64,000 nucleotides of DNA from Trichodelitschia bisporula (Eukaryota), in NCBI GenBank assembly GCA_010356995.1, contig ML996687.1:1737803-1801802 (forward strand), given 5' to 3'. The position numbers and the translations under genes are program-made. The stretch's first letter is position 1. Every line of letters starts with the position of its first letter. Shown piece by piece: positions 1 to 12,508 of the stretch. A model generated the notes under the pieces. That model had not been told where the DNA came from, ran no database searches, and was given only the letters and a program-made list of their open reading frames with translations.

Positions 1-2697
1 TCTTGCGGACAGACTTGCTCGCGTCCCCATGCCATGCCAAAGGGATGCCCACACCCGTGCGGCCTGATGTGCCATGCTGGGCCATGTCCTCCCTGCCAGC
101 AGATGGCGCCGAAGAAGAGCTGCTTCTGTGGACGAGAAACGACGACCAAACGATGCGTCGACACTGACTATGAACATGGCTGGAGCTGCGGCCAGGTGTG
201 CCGTCAGCCTATGGCGTGCGGAGAGCACGTTTGCACTCGACCCTGCCATGAAGGGGCCTGCGGCGCTTGTGAGGTCCAAATCGACGCCCGGTGCTATTGC
301 GGGCAAGTAGAAAAGCCTCTGCTTTGCTGCGATAGAGCGGATGAGAAGACGAGCCAGCGACCTCTCCAATTCGAAGACGGGGAAATGATTACTGAAACAT
401 GGACTGGCCTTTTCGAGTGCGGCAGAACCTGCGACAGGCTCTTCGATTGCGGCAAGCACCGTTGTCAAGAGCCTTGCCACGTTCATGATTCTCCTGTTCC
501 GCACTGTCCTCAATCTCCTGACGTCATCACAACATGCTCCTGCGGGAAGACTGCCTTATCGGACCTCCTGGCGGAGCCACGCAAGTCATGCGAGGACGAC
601 ATTCCCGCTTGCAAGAAGCCCTGCTCAAAACCGCTCGAGTGCGGCCACTTCTGCAAGTTAGCCTGCCATACTGGGGATTGCCTGCCGTGCTCGGAAATGA
701 CATCTATTTCCTGTCGCTGCGGGCGCATCATAGTCGACACCCTATGCCACCATGGACGCATTGAACCTCCGCACTGTATGAAAGTATGCCGAGTTGTACT
801 GAACTGCGGTCGGCATGACTGCGGCGAGCACTGCTGTCCTGGAGAACGCAAGGCTGTCGAGCGACAAGCAGCCACGGCAGCCAAGCGCAAACAACCGCTT
901 CTTGGTGCCGGTTTTGTATCGCTGCTGCGTGACAGGTTTGAGGCAGAGCACATATGTACTCGCATATGTGGGCGAATGCTCAAGTGCGGGAATCATACTT
1001 GTCCAGCGCTTTGTCACAAGGGACCTTGCGGCAACTGTCGGGAGGCCATCTTCGAAGAAATCTATTGTCATTGCGGAAAGACTGTGCTTCAGCCCCCCTT
1101 ACCATGTGGTACCCAACCTCCGCAGTGCCACCACCCGTGTGAGAGGCCGAAGGTCTGCGGACATCCTCAGGTGGCCCACAACTGCCATCTCGACAATGAA
1201 TCTTGTCCGAAATGTCCCTTCCTTACAACCAAGCCATGCCTTTGCGGGAAGAACCAGCTCAAGAACCAACCCTGCTGGCTTCAAGAGACGCGCTGTGGTT
1301 CCATATGCGGGCGGAAGCTCAAATGCGGTTTCCATGTTTGCCGGAAGCAATGCCACCGGCCTGGTGAATGCGAAGACACCGGCACTCATTGTACACAACT
1401 GTGTGGCAAGGAGAAATCTTGTGGGCATGCATGTGCAGACATCTGCCACTCTCCATTCGCTTGTAAAGAGGACAAGCCCTGTCAACACAAGACCTACATC
1501 ACTTGCAGCTGCCAGCGAATCAAGCAGGAGACCAAGTGCAATGCAACCAAGAACACTGAAGGCAACACCACAAAGAGCCTCAAATGCGATGACGAGTGTG
1601 CTCGTCTCGAGCGTAACCGCAAGCTCGCTCTTGCCTTCAACATCGACCCGGAAACGCACAAGGATGATCATATTCCATACCAGCCAGAAACGTTGAAGGC
1701 GTACCTCGCGAACACTGCCTGGGCGCAAGCACAGGAAAAGGAGCTTCGTGCGTTTGCTATTGACCCGGATCAGAAGCGTCTCCGTTTTAAGCCGATGAAG
1801 CCAGAACAACGCAAGTTCTTGCACTACCTGGCTGAGGATTTTGGATTTGACGCGGAGAGCATGGACCCGGAGCCCCACCGCCACATAGTGGTTTTCAAGA
1901 CCCCGCGCTTCGTCATGGCTCCAATGAAGACACTTGCGGAGTGCGCGCGGATTCGGCTAACCCAGCGCACACTGGCTGCCACGACCAGTGTGAACGCCGC
2001 TGAGGCATCGAAGACCGTCAAGGCGAGCAACCTCGTGGACACTCCGTTCAATGCCTTCGTGATCTCGAAGACTCGCTTCGGCCTGACCATCGAGGAGTTG
2101 CGCTCTGCCATCGCACCCATACTCTCACCGGCCGCTGGCGTTGCTGAACTTACCATCTCCTTCCTGCCCAGTGAAGAAGTTGTTGTCAAGCCGACGCCAC
2201 GGGCGCCGTCACCATCGGAGCGCGCCTTCGAGGAATCCCTCTCCGCTCTGCAACCGGCTCTAGCCAAGGTGCTCACGGCGCAAGGCCTCGGGAGCAGCGA
2301 GCTGTGCCGCGTGGACGAGTGGCTCAACGTGCTGCACCGCGAGGCGGATAAGGCCAGCAGCGGGTGGAGTCAAGTTGCGGCGAAGGCGGCTGCGGGGGCG
2401 AGGCGCGCGGTGCCTCTGCAAGGACTGGGTGTCAAGAGTAGCTTTACGGTCTTGAGCACGGCGGCGAGCAAGAAGAAGAAGGAGAAGGCGACGGGGCCGA
2501 GGATTGTAGTCGAGGATGACTGGGAAGAGGCGGAGATGCGGGAGGAAGAGAAGGAGCGGATGGCGAGTGCTGTCAACAGCGGGGACGAAAATGGGGGAGC
2601 GAGCGCGTCAGGGAGTGCTCCTGTGAGTGCCTCCGGGAGTGCGAGGGCCAGCTTTGAGGACCGTCGTGAGGTGGCTCAGGAGCATGTCGAGAACTGA
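1..2697 (+). CDS. FAP1: NF-X1-type zinc-finger / R3H domain protein (FAP1/NFX1 family), 5' end outside the window
   Basis: The frame is open from base 1. It has many repeated CGxHxCxxxCHxGxCxxC NF-X1 fingers, then CDDECARLERN and an R3H motif (FKPMKPEQRKFLHYLAEDFG). Confidence 0.9.
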   Translation, partial: SCGQTCSRPHAMPKGCPHPCGLMCHAGPCPPCQQMAPKKSCFCGRETTTKRCVDTDYEHGWSCGQVCRQPMACGEHVCTRPCHEGACGACEVQIDARCYCGQVEKPLLCCDRADEKTSQRPLQFEDGEMITETWTGLFECGRTCDRLFDCGKHRCQEPCHVHDSPVPHCPQSPDVITTCSCGKTALSDLLAEPRKSCEDDIPACKKPCSKPLECGHFCKLACHTGDCLPCSEMTSISCRCGRIIVDTLCHHGRIEPPHCMKVCRVVLNCGRHDCGEHCCPGERKAVERQAATAAKRKQPLLGAGFVSLLRDRFEAEHICTRICGRMLKCGNHTCPALCHKGPCGNCREAIFEEIYCHCGKTVLQPPLPCGTQPPQCHHPCERPKVCGHPQVAHNCHLDNESCPKCPFLTTKPCLCGKNQLKNQPCWLQETRCGSICGRKLKCGFHVCRKQCHRPGECEDTGTHCTQLCGKEKSCGHACADICHSPFACKEDKPCQHKTYITCSCQRIKQETKCNATKNTEGNTTKSLKCDDECARLERNRKLALAFNIDPETHKDDHIPYQPETLKAYLANTAWAQAQEKELRAFAIDPDQKRLRFKPMKPEQRKFLHYLAEDFGFDAESMDPEPHRHIVVFKTPRFVMAPMKTLAECARIRLTQRTLAATTSVNAAEASKTVKASNLVDTPFNAFVISKTRFGLTIEELRSAIAPILSPAAGVAELTISFLPSEEVVVKPTPRAPSPSERAFEESLSALQPALAKVLTAQGLGSSELCRVDEWLNVLHREADKASSGWSQVAAKAAAGARRAVPLQGLGVKSSFTVLSTAASKKKKEKATGPRIVVEDDWEEAEMREEEKERMASAVNSGDENGGASASGSAPVSASGSARASFEDRREVAQEHVEN

Positions 2698-4303
2698 GTG
2701 CTGGTCAGGGGGATGTGAGGTCTACGGACAGTGCAGTATCCTGGCAACAGATTTTCAGAACGGAGAGCGCGGCGCATGGGTCGGAGCATGATACCAAGGA
2801 TGTGTAACGCATGTAGGGTCTTGCTATCTAGATATCTACAGGTTCCCAATGCGGAGTGCACGTTAAGGTTGCTCTCATCGTCTCTCAGCCTTGCCGCTTT
2901 CGCTCCACGGCACCCACAGCCGAACAGCATGAAGCCGGTCAAACACGTGAGTGGAAGGCTGGTTTCATGAGTGCCCAATAGACGACCAATCTGCACGGGC
3001 GTGCCCCCCATGCGTCAGGCTGCAGGTTGGCGAATGCAAGCAGCCCAATCCTCGCCCCGTACTGCTGCCTATGACGATAACGCTACGCTCTAATGCAGCA
3101 CTTATCTGTTGCAAGAAGGTAAAACTTTGCAGAAGGAAGTTCCTGCAACTACATGCCTCGATATACCAGTATCGGTACATTAGCTTCCGCCAAGCTAGGT
3201 TAAGAGGCGAGATGTAGGATGCTGTCCACCGCAGAGCGGATTGCAGTAGTAAGAAAGTGCCGAGAGTTTCCCAGCCTTCCTGCAGACGACAAGTGTTGCA
3301 ATACCGATAGCATCTCAGACATAGCTGCTGCGCCTAATCGACACCGTATTGCATGTGTTTGCTTGCAGTCTACGGATGTATACTACGGTACATCCGTATG
3401 TTGTCGCGGTTATGAGAGGTTAGACTCGGTTGGTGGAGAGGAAGAGAAAAAAAAGAAGTGTCTGGACTGAAGGCTGGGATTTCGATTGAAGTCTGTGCAT
3501 TGTGGAACTAGGCAGGGATAAGAGGGGATGCCGCATAAAGGCTAATCTTGATACAGTCTAGATTCTCTCAAGGAGGCTTTCGCTAAAGAGGAGTTCCCCG
3601 GCGAGGCTGCAAGAGAAGGTTGCGGAAGAAGGCTGTTCCATCACCGAGCAAAGGCAGTGATTGGTGCGGCATCCGGTTGTTTTGAACCGTGAGAACGGGG
3701 AAGCGTCACTGTGTCCTCTTTGCCCCTCCTGAACTGCCCTGCACGGCCACACACAACCCACATACGCCACATTGTGGGCAAGCCTCCCAGGGTCCGCACC
3801 CGTCTTTTCTGATATCTCATTGGGCAACATCCGCTTGTCATAACAAAGTGAGTGCTTGGATCTGCCCCTCAATCCCAGCAAAATCCCGGCAATTCACGAA
3901 GTTGCTAGTTAGCCTCTCCTCAACGCCCTTGGCCCTCCTTCCTCTCCCAGTTTACTCTTTCTGCCTAGGCCTTCACGCCGAGCTACCTACCGCTCCCTTC
4001 CACCACCCGGCACTCAACTCTCTCACATTCGCCCGTCAACCCCCCCCAGCCAAAGAAAGTCTTAGCCCCCAGCCCGCTTGGAAGGCGGTCTCCGCACTCG
4101 CTCGCCAGGTAAGCAGCTTCAGCAAGCAGTACACCATCTCGACTGGCTCTGGACATCAACTTCACCAAACTAATTGCGAAGAGCGACTTTTCATCAAAAA
4201 TTCTCTTCGTTTCGTCATCTTCCATCCCCGCCGCTTCCTTCCATCGTCTCTGCATCTCCGTCTCGATGACGACGGCCGAGTTCTCGCCCGGCTGAGTTCT
4301 CAT

Positions 4304-7300
4304 ATGTCGCTCAAAAGCGTTCGAGATGCCGCTCTGGACGCGAAACAGAATGAAATCGCGTACGTCATCCCCATGCCGACCTCTAAAATTCACTTTTCGC
4401 CCATCATTCGAATGCTCCCGTCGATGCGAAACCCAAAATGCAATTTATTTGCAACTTTTGTCTTGTTGTGTTGCGCTAATCACGTTGTTTGTGCAGTGCA
4501 TGCGGGCGCGCCCACGGTCGCAAGCTCCGAGCCCTCTATTCCATCACCAAAATAGTGGGGGGGGCCACTAACGCGCCGCCTATCGTATGGGACGTCCTCG
4601 CCTCGCCCCACGAGCAAGCCTTTCTCGACGCCAACGACCTCCTACAGTATGTTCTTTCGCGATCCATTCCACTTGATGCACTCGTATTGCTGGTCAGCAC
4701 ATTTGCGCATCAATTGCTAACCCAGCCATCGTTGCAGAGGTCGTCGCTTTCGCGAAGAGACGCTCGCAGATCCATTTCACCATGTCGCCTCCCGGGCTGC
4801 ACCCTCCGAACGCGCATTGCGCGCACCTTCTCCCGTCCAAGTCGCTGTGCAGTCGCCATCCCCACTCTCTCCGGTTTCGAATGGCGTGGACGTCTCCCGC
4901 TCACCCGACCGCAAGCCATCCACGGCGCATCCTCAACCCTCCGAACAGTCTCAACCTCCGTCGATCATACAGCAGCCGACCACACAAACACCGCCTCGAT
5001 CTCCTCACCCCACTTCTCTCATCGATAGGCAGCTGACTGACGCGGAGATACCTCAAGATGCTGTCGAGAGGCAACCCGAACCATCAGTCGGAAATGCCAG
5101 TCGCGACGCGCCCGGCTCGGATCCCACCACTGCGCCCCCAGGAGATGCTCCCGAGCTTCCAGTACCGGATGTTAGCGATGAACCCGCAGCACCCGTGCAG
5201 CAGCCTGCCCGAGTCTTGCACCTACCGCCTAAAGAAGAGGTGGAGAAGAAGATTCGCGAGGAACGTGGGGCGGAGGCTGCTCGTTCTAGGCGCAACCAAG
5301 ACGAAGCTCTCGTCATATCCGTACCCGCGCCCTTGGCCGATGCTGGCTCGTCCCCTTCGTCGACGACCGGTGCGTACTCGACGTGTACACCAAAGCTGAC
5401 GCATCATTCGCCAGACACCAGCCCCGATGCCGAGTATTCGCCAGGAGATCGGAGTTCACTGCGCGGGGTGGGGGTGGATGAGGAAGCAATAGAAGCAGGG
5501 AAAGCGCAGCGTAACCTGCATTCACTTGCAAACGGTCTCCCGGCGGACGTTTTGGTGCACGATGCGGCCACGCCCGAAGCACAGTTGCGGTTTGAAGAGG
5601 AGCAAGCAAGCAAACGCCCTGAGCTCGCAAATGGCCAAGTTAATGGCATCGCCGACCAGGTCGCCGACCAGGCATCTGGAGATGGCATGGAGGATGTTCA
5701 GTATCACGCCATCTCGAAACTCAAAAGCCAGACTCCGGTTAAAGCGCGTGGTGAACTGCAAAGCGAAGGTGTTGCTCCTTCGCTTACGACTCCAGCATCG
5801 AAGTCTTCAAACGTCCACGTTGATCAGCGCATCGAGGATTCTTCTCGGACGTCTTCAAAGTCCATTGCTGCCATTCCAGCAGCCCTTCCCACACCTAGCA
5901 TTCGCACGCCTGTATCACACCGCGATGCGCCAATCGCTTTCCGTCCGGACATCCAGATGGAAGACACGCCACTTACTGCCGTCCAACAACACCGATACCG
6001 CGACGAGCTAGCAACTCCGAGTCATACGACATCCAATGCTGAACGTGGCCTGGACAGCGCAATACAATCGACCCCGACGTCAGAAGCCTCGGAGAACCCT
6101 CGCTTGAGTACCGGCATGCGGCCACCCGCAGCACCAGCTCCTGAGCCTGCGGCACCTGCTGCCACCATGCGGGACAAGAGCGAGGAGAAGGGGGACAAGT
6201 CGAGACTTCCGATGGTTGTTTTCACCAAGAAAGAGAAGACTTTGCCAGCCCTCCGAAATCTCCCTGACGAAGCACGGGGATACCTTGCCTTGAAGGGAGC
6301 CGCCGATGACCCGGAAAAGGATTATCTTCGCCCTCTTTTCATTCACCAAGCGTTTCTGCCACCTCGTGCCAGGCCCTTACCTGAACTGATCAAAAATGCC
6401 AACAAGACCTTGTCAACTGCAAATATATTTGCGGTTAACAGAGAGGAGCTGGACTACCGCATTCTGCGGCGCATCTATCAACTCCAGAATGCGAACCGGT
6501 GGGCCTTCCGTCAGATGGCCAAGTTCCCAGACCCACTTCCGCCGGTATGCCATCTTGACCATCTTTTGAGCGAGATGAAATGGATGCGTACAGATTTCAG
6601 GGAAGAGGGCAAGTGGAAGACGGCTGCTGCACGTCGTTTGGCTGTCGCTTGCGCGCTCTATGTCTCTTCACCAGAGGAGCAGCGGCAAAACATGCGGGTC
6701 AAGATCGCTCCCGTGGTGCCGCGCGTCTATGAGGAACAAGAGGGCACCCCGGAACTAGTTGAGGTCGATACACCATCACCCGGGTCCCCGCTTGATGTAG
6801 ACGTCGCTTGTGGATTCGCAGATACGATTGCCCCAGCAGCTTTGTTCTCACTCTCATCCGACGAGGTTATTTTCCACCTCGAAGACACACCAATGGCGGA
6901 CAACATCTTACGAGAGTTGCCGCTATATGAATCAAAACCTACACCTACTCCACCATACCCTGCCATCGTAGAAGCGGCAAAAACCGCCCTCACTCCCGTT
7001 TCGAAACTCATCTCTGGGAAGCTGATTCCGAAGCTGAGTGTTCCAAAGCGGAAGCGCAGCCGATACGACTTTGATGATTCCGAGGAAGATGAGGAAGTGC
7101 AGCTTCCGAAACGTCCGACTTCCAGCAGGAGATCCAACTCCGAGGTTTCCCTGTTCCTATCGCCAGCCCGGCGCTCGTCTCGCCACACCGAGCTTCTACC
7201 TGAGAAGAACGACATCGCACTTTTCCAGCCTCTCAACCGCCATCTTAGAGAAAGAATACACGCTACCAGCGCCTTCCGTCCCCCCTCTGAGTTCATCATG

Positions 7301-9171
7301 CCATCTGTCAGCTTCTTCGAATCCCGGATACCGTCACAATGGACCTGGGATGAGGACCAGAGGCTTCGCGCTTGCGTAAAGAAGTACTCCTACAACTGGT
7401 CTATGATATCCATGGAGCTGCAGGCATATAGTCAGCCTTCAATGCTTGTGGCTGCACAGGAGCGGCGCACGCCTTGGGAATGCTTTGAGCGGTGGTACCA
7501 ACTAGAGGGCCTTCCCAACGACATGGAAAAGACTTCGTACTTCCGGACGTACCGCTCGAGGATCGAGGCTGCAAACAGGTCCGTCGCTGCTCAACAGCAA
7601 ACGCCGAGCCAGCCGCAGCCGCAGCCTGGTCCACCCAACCAGCTCCAGACAGGGCGGAGGCGAACGACGCAGCCCTTCCGCGTCGAGCGGCGGCGGGAGT
7701 CTCGCTACATCAGCATGGTCGATGCCATTCGGAAGCTTGCTCGGAAGCGTGAGACAACGCTGCACCGCCAGCAAGAAGGTAAAATCTCATTCTACTAAGT
7801 CTCGGAACTCTGTTAACTGTCCATAGCCGCCAAAGCTGCTGCTCTGCGTAAGCAGCATACTGAAAATAATCCTCAGCGTCCCAGCACCATCCACACTCCC
7901 CTAGAATTCAGTCGCATGAAGCATGAGCGCGAGCTGAAGATCCAGGAACGGCATGAGATCTACCGCCAGCAGATGCTCGCGCAACAGCAGCGGGTTCGTC
8001 TTATCCCACCCGTAGAAGCCAATGTTCGAGGTGCTAACTGATATAGAATGCGGCCCTGGTGCGTGGCCAAGTTCCCGGTCAACAGACTCAGCATCAAGGA
8101 GCAGGCGGGCCCGTCGTCCGCAATGGAATCCCGAACGGTGTTCCCGGTCCCACTGGCGCAAACCCCCAATTTGCCAACGGCCAACAGGGTGGGACTCCGC
8201 TTTCTCGGAACGGCTCACATAGCATAATGCAAAACGGGATGTCCGCTGGAGCTATGGGCGGTATGGGAGTGAGCCTTCCTCAGGCGCAGATGCAAGCCAT
8301 TCAGAACCAGCGTATGGTACCTCATGCCAACGGCGATAACCTCAGGATGCTCGCGCATCAACGTACTTTGGCCGCAAATCAGCAGCAGCTCCAAATGCAG
8401 CAGCATGGAAACCCCTCGAACAACCTCGCAGCGGCACACTTTGCGCCCGCTAATGGCGTCATTCCGAATCAACAGCAGATGCTCCACGCCCTCAACGCGT
8501 CTCGCGTCAACGGTACTGTGACCAACGGTGTGGCCGCCTCTGGGAACGCCTCTACCTCCCCTCGTGGTCCCCCGCCAGGCCAACCTGGCTTCGGTCAGCA
8601 AAACATGCACGCAAACCAAGTCTTCCTTCAACAGCAGCAGCAGCTGATACAATCACAATTCCCACACCTTGCCCCCGAACAGGTCAGCAAGATTGCTAGG
8701 GAGCGGCTTCAGAGTCATGTGGCGCGCTTGTCACAGTCAGCACTCAACGCCGCTGCTGGCTCTCCGAGCAACGGGATGGGTGGAGCGCATTTGAACCCTT
8801 CGGCGTATCAGGCCAACAGCATGATGACTGTCGGTGGCAATGGGACGCACTCTCAGTCGCCGCAGCAATATCCACAACCCCTACATCGTACCGTCCAGCA
8901 GCAAGCTCGCATGAGCAGTGGCAGTCCAGGATTGAGCAACGTGCGTCCTGTCGGAGCGGGGGCGGGGTCGGGAAGTAGGAGCGCTACCCCCCAGGGACAT
9001 GGCGGTCCTGGAACGCCAGTTCAGACGCAGGCTCAGATGGTCATGCAGAACGGGCAACAACCGCACCAGAGGCAGGGTAGTTCGTCGGGTAATGCTGGCG
9101 ACGGCATGATGGGCCTGAATGGTCAACAGGACGGTCCTCGCGTGAGCGGCGTACAGGTGGGGCGGAATTAG
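4304..9171 (+). CDS. EAF1: NuA4 scaffold subunit Eaf1/Vid21 (HSA + Myb/SANT, Q-rich tail); 5 coding exons
   Basis: ATG 4304. Introns 4360-4496, 4647-4737, 7779-7826 and 7994-8046 are all GT..AG and splice in frame. HSA region (HLDHLLSEMKWMRTDFREE), SANT (WTWDEDQRLRACVKKYSYNW..RTPWECFERW), Q/G-rich C-terminus. Confidence 0.92.
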
Positions 9172-9776
9172 AAGTGGGCGGTAGAGTGCATCACTCTCTT
9201 GATAGATTATTTGCCTTAGGGGTGGGTAGGGGGCATGTGTGACAGTTTGGAGCGCGTTCTTTTGTAAATATACATCTTTAGTGGCACCTCAACGACTCGG
9301 GACTCCTCATCCTTGAGCGTTGGATATCGTGTTTTGACTTCATTTTCCAAAAGCGCAGAGGTTTCGGCTTCGAGCTCGGGTTCTACGGGTAGTGCGGGCG
9401 GCGGGCAGGGGTTTGTGGGCGGGGAGCGGGAATGGCGTCGGAGGGCTGTTTGTTTGATGTGTTGTGGGTTTGTCGATGTAAGTGGAGGCGAGGACTTGGA
9501 GTCTCTCGCACGGCACGCGATTAGATTAGCGCGCGACATACCACGCCCCAGGGCAAAGGAATGAGGTGCTGTGTATAGTACACTTAAGCTCCTTGCTTGA
9601 CGTTGGTGATTCCACCGCAGTGACTGGGGTGTTATGGTTCCCAGAGAAGAGTTGTTGCCTGAAGCTGATCACTGCATGCGAAGTGTACATCAAATCGAGC
9701 GAAGGATATGCATCCGGGGCGCCAAACTCTGCATTCGGTGCTCCAGCTTGATGTACAGAATTTTAAGATGTGATGT

Positions 9777-10539
9777 TTACGCCCGCTGCGCCTTTCTCTC
9801 TTCCGCCCTCCTCTTAGACCGCACCTCGGCCTTCCTCCTCTCACCACCATCCACCTTCTTTCCCCGCTTGACTTCCCACAGCCCCTCCCGCACCGCAATC
9901 TTCGCCCTCAGCCCCGAAGTCCCCTTAATCGGCTCCACGTACGGCCCCGAAATCGTCTGCGCTCCCGTAAGCTTAACAACCCTAACCGGCGTCGCCTCCT
10001 CCAGCGGCACAGTCGGGCGCTCGGCTCCAGGCGGGACATTAAGCACGACCTTCTTCGTGCCGGGCGTGCGCGTCGCGGTTGCGCGGCGCCGGCCGGGGAC
10101 TGGCACCTCGAAGACTTTGATCTCGCCGACCCCCTCTTGGACTTCGGTCAAGTCGCCACCGATGCCGTAGGCCCCGTTGCGGAAGCGCTCGCGCCAGTTG
10201 AGGAGGTATTTGCGGTTGCGTGCGGGCTCGATGCCTAGGTTTTTGAATTGCGTGGATGTGAAGCGGAAGAGGGCTTCCCAGGAGGGGATTTTGGGCGCGT
10301 GTTGTTTCATGCCCCGGCCGATGAGGGTGAGGAAGGTTTCGGTGTTGGGGACGAAGGGGGTGGGGGGTGGTATGGGGCGGGCTTCCCGTTTGGTGAGGGT
10401 GGTGAGGGTTCGGTGGGGGGTGGTGGGTGTGAAGAGCCGCAGCGGCCAGCGGAGGAGCATTCTGGGGTGCTGGCGAGGGGTTAGTGATGAGCTGGAGAGA
10501 ATTCGGGGGCTCAATTGGGGGACGTACTGGGTGGGACAT
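9777..10539 (-). CDS. FYV4: Mitochondrial small-subunit ribosomal protein mS41 (IGR-motif protein)
   Basis: TFLTLIGRGM..SWEALF..LGIEPARNRKYLL IGR domain and a presequence-like N-terminus. A 12-nt first exon (MSHP) and intron 10470-10527 (GTACGT..CTAAC..CAG) are in frame; ATG 10460 is an alternative start. Confidence 0.88.
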
Positions 10540-10775
10540 GGTTGCTGCTGGGTATATAAATTTTGGCGGAGGGCGGAAGTTGAGGCGGAGTTGATGCGAG
10601 TTTCGATTGCTGCCTGATGTGTGCCTTGCGACGCGGCGGCGTTGCTGATTCAGCGCCCCGTTTGGATCAAGCTTTAAGCACGCGTACCTCAAAGGAACTC
10701 CCAAGCCGCGTGAGGGTACAAATCCTCCGGTGGCCCTCCCACGTCCAGCGACCGTTCATCACGCAAAAGTGCACC

Positions 10776-11993
10776 ATGGCGGCTTCACCGTTAAATCCGG
10801 CAGCTGCCTCCCCTAATAGACAAAAATCGAACGGCAAATTGAAGGCCTTGACCGTTCAACCAAAGCAATCCGAGGTACGGTCCGACGATGAAGGAGATTC
10901 CAACGATGATGCGCCTGTCAATTTGGCCGAGAAGCTCAACAACGAGGAGAAGCGCAAGTACGTGAAAGGCAAAAAGCTCGGTGAGGGTACCTATGCCATC
11001 GTCTACAAAGGCCACCTACGGACGGACCCTACCCAGCTATTCGCTATCAAGAAGATCAAACTCAACGCCGAATACAAGGACGGCCTCAGCATGGACGCCA
11101 TCCGCGAAGTCAAATTCCTGCAAGAACTGTCCCACCCAAACATCATCCCGCTGCATTCCGTCTTCTCGACACGAGACCAAAACCTCAACCTGGTCCTCGA
11201 ATTCCTGCCCCTCGGCGACTTGGAGGTCCTCATCCGCGACCCGGACGTAAACTACAGCATCGCCGACATCAAAGCCTGGGTGGGCATGCTCACGCGCGCC
11301 GTGTGGTTCTGCCACGCCAACGGCGTGCTCCACCGCGACATCAAGCCGAACAACTTACTCATTGCCGCGGACGGCGAGGTCAAACTCGCTGATTTCGGTC
11401 TCGCGCGCGCCTTCGCCGACCCCCAGCAGAACATGACCTACAATGTCATCACGCGCTGGTACCGGCCGCCGGAGCTCTTCTTCAAGGCGCGGCACTACAG
11501 CGGTGCCGTGGACATGTGGTCCGTGGGCACGGTGTTTGCGGAGCTGATTCTGCGCATGCCGTTCATGGCGGGCAACACCGACATCCACCAGCTGGAACTC
11601 ATTTGCCAAGCTATCGGCACGCCGTTGGAGGACAATTGGCCTGGCGTGTCGGAGCTGGAGGGTTATCTTCCGTTCGACAAGGACAAAATCACGCCTGTAC
11701 GCACACGGGCGGATTACATGAGCACGTTTCCGACGATTGGCTCGGTGGGCGTGGAGCTGCTTATGTCCATGCTCGTCCTGGACCCGCAGAAGCGAGCTAC
11801 GGCGAAGGAAGTGCTGGAGCACAGGTGGTGGGCTGAGCAGCCGCGGCCGACGGAGAAGGAGCGGCTGCCGCGGAAGGCGGGAGGGGAACAGCGCATGGGT
11901 GAAGACTTGAAGCGGAGGGGAGGGGAGGTCGAAGAGGATGGCAGGAGGGGCGATAAAGTTGCTAAGAAGCTGGATTTTTCGTCTCTGAGATGA
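10776..11993 (+). CDS. KIN28: TFIIH/CAK serine-threonine kinase CDK7
   Basis: GEGTYA, LSMDAIREVKFLQEL, HRDIKPNN, DFGLAR and MTYNVITRWYRPPEL motifs. Intronless; ATG context CACCATGG. Confidence 0.93.
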   Translation: MAASPLNPAAASPNRQKSNGKLKALTVQPKQSEVRSDDEGDSNDDAPVNLAEKLNNEEKRKYVKGKKLGEGTYAIVYKGHLRTDPTQLFAIKKIKLNAEYKDGLSMDAIREVKFLQELSHPNIIPLHSVFSTRDQNLNLVLEFLPLGDLEVLIRDPDVNYSIADIKAWVGMLTRAVWFCHANGVLHRDIKPNNLLIAADGEVKLADFGLARAFADPQQNMTYNVITRWYRPPELFFKARHYSGAVDMWSVGTVFAELILRMPFMAGNTDIHQLELICQAIGTPLEDNWPGVSELEGYLPFDKDKITPVRTRADYMSTFPTIGSVGVELLMSMLVLDPQKRATAKEVLEHRWWAEQPRPTEKERLPRKAGGEQRMGEDLKRRGGEVEEDGRRGDKVAKKLDFSSLR

Positions 11994-12498
11994 AGGACTT
12001 GTTGGAAGGAGTACCGGAGTACTTTGGGAGCCGGGCGCGTGGCATCCGATGCTTGAAGAATCGGGTTTGTCTATGAAAATCACGGCAGAAGGATTGAGGC
12101 ACGGCATAGAGCTAAAATGGGTTGGTACGACTAGTTGGAGGAGTCTCTACGGGCGACAGGCGTTTTTCACTGCATTTAGAAAGCATCTACGGCGTGAAGG
12201 CGGTATGGAGGGTCACTGTATCAGTCAATGGCGATGTGCCATCAGCTGCTTGGGTACGTATGTAGTTCGCAACTCATGATCGATTTCCGGATAATACACA
12301 GAATACCTAAACCTTAACGTCCAGGCACACGGTGATCCCTTCCCCCACGGAAAACGCCGTCAGCCACTCCCGCTCCCATTCGTCATAAAGTGCGGTCAAG
12401 CTGGGATACGCAGCTAGCTGAGTACCATACTACGGGCCAGAGGTCATCCCGCATAGTCCGACATCCTACCCCACCATGCATGCTCCATCAGCTACCAG

Positions 12499-12508
12499 TA
12501 TATAAAAA
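12499..12508 (+). promoter_or_regulatory. TATA box of the amidohydrolase gene
   Basis: TATATAAAAA lies about 90 nt upstream of ATG 12593 and is followed by a CT/CA-rich leader. Confidence 0.55.

Noticed and set aside
815..1696. 293-aa alternate-frame ORF, and antisense ORFs, within FAP1
   Set aside because: Shadow ORFs of a GC-rich coding region with no recognisable motifs. The same applies to the antisense ORFs over KIN28, URA6, IDH1, the Zn2Cys6 gene and SERCA.
3689..4555. 288-aa ORF as an independent gene
   Set aside because: It starts at GTG, spans the EAF1 promoter/leader and exon 1, and reads into intron 1. Its composition is UTR-like.
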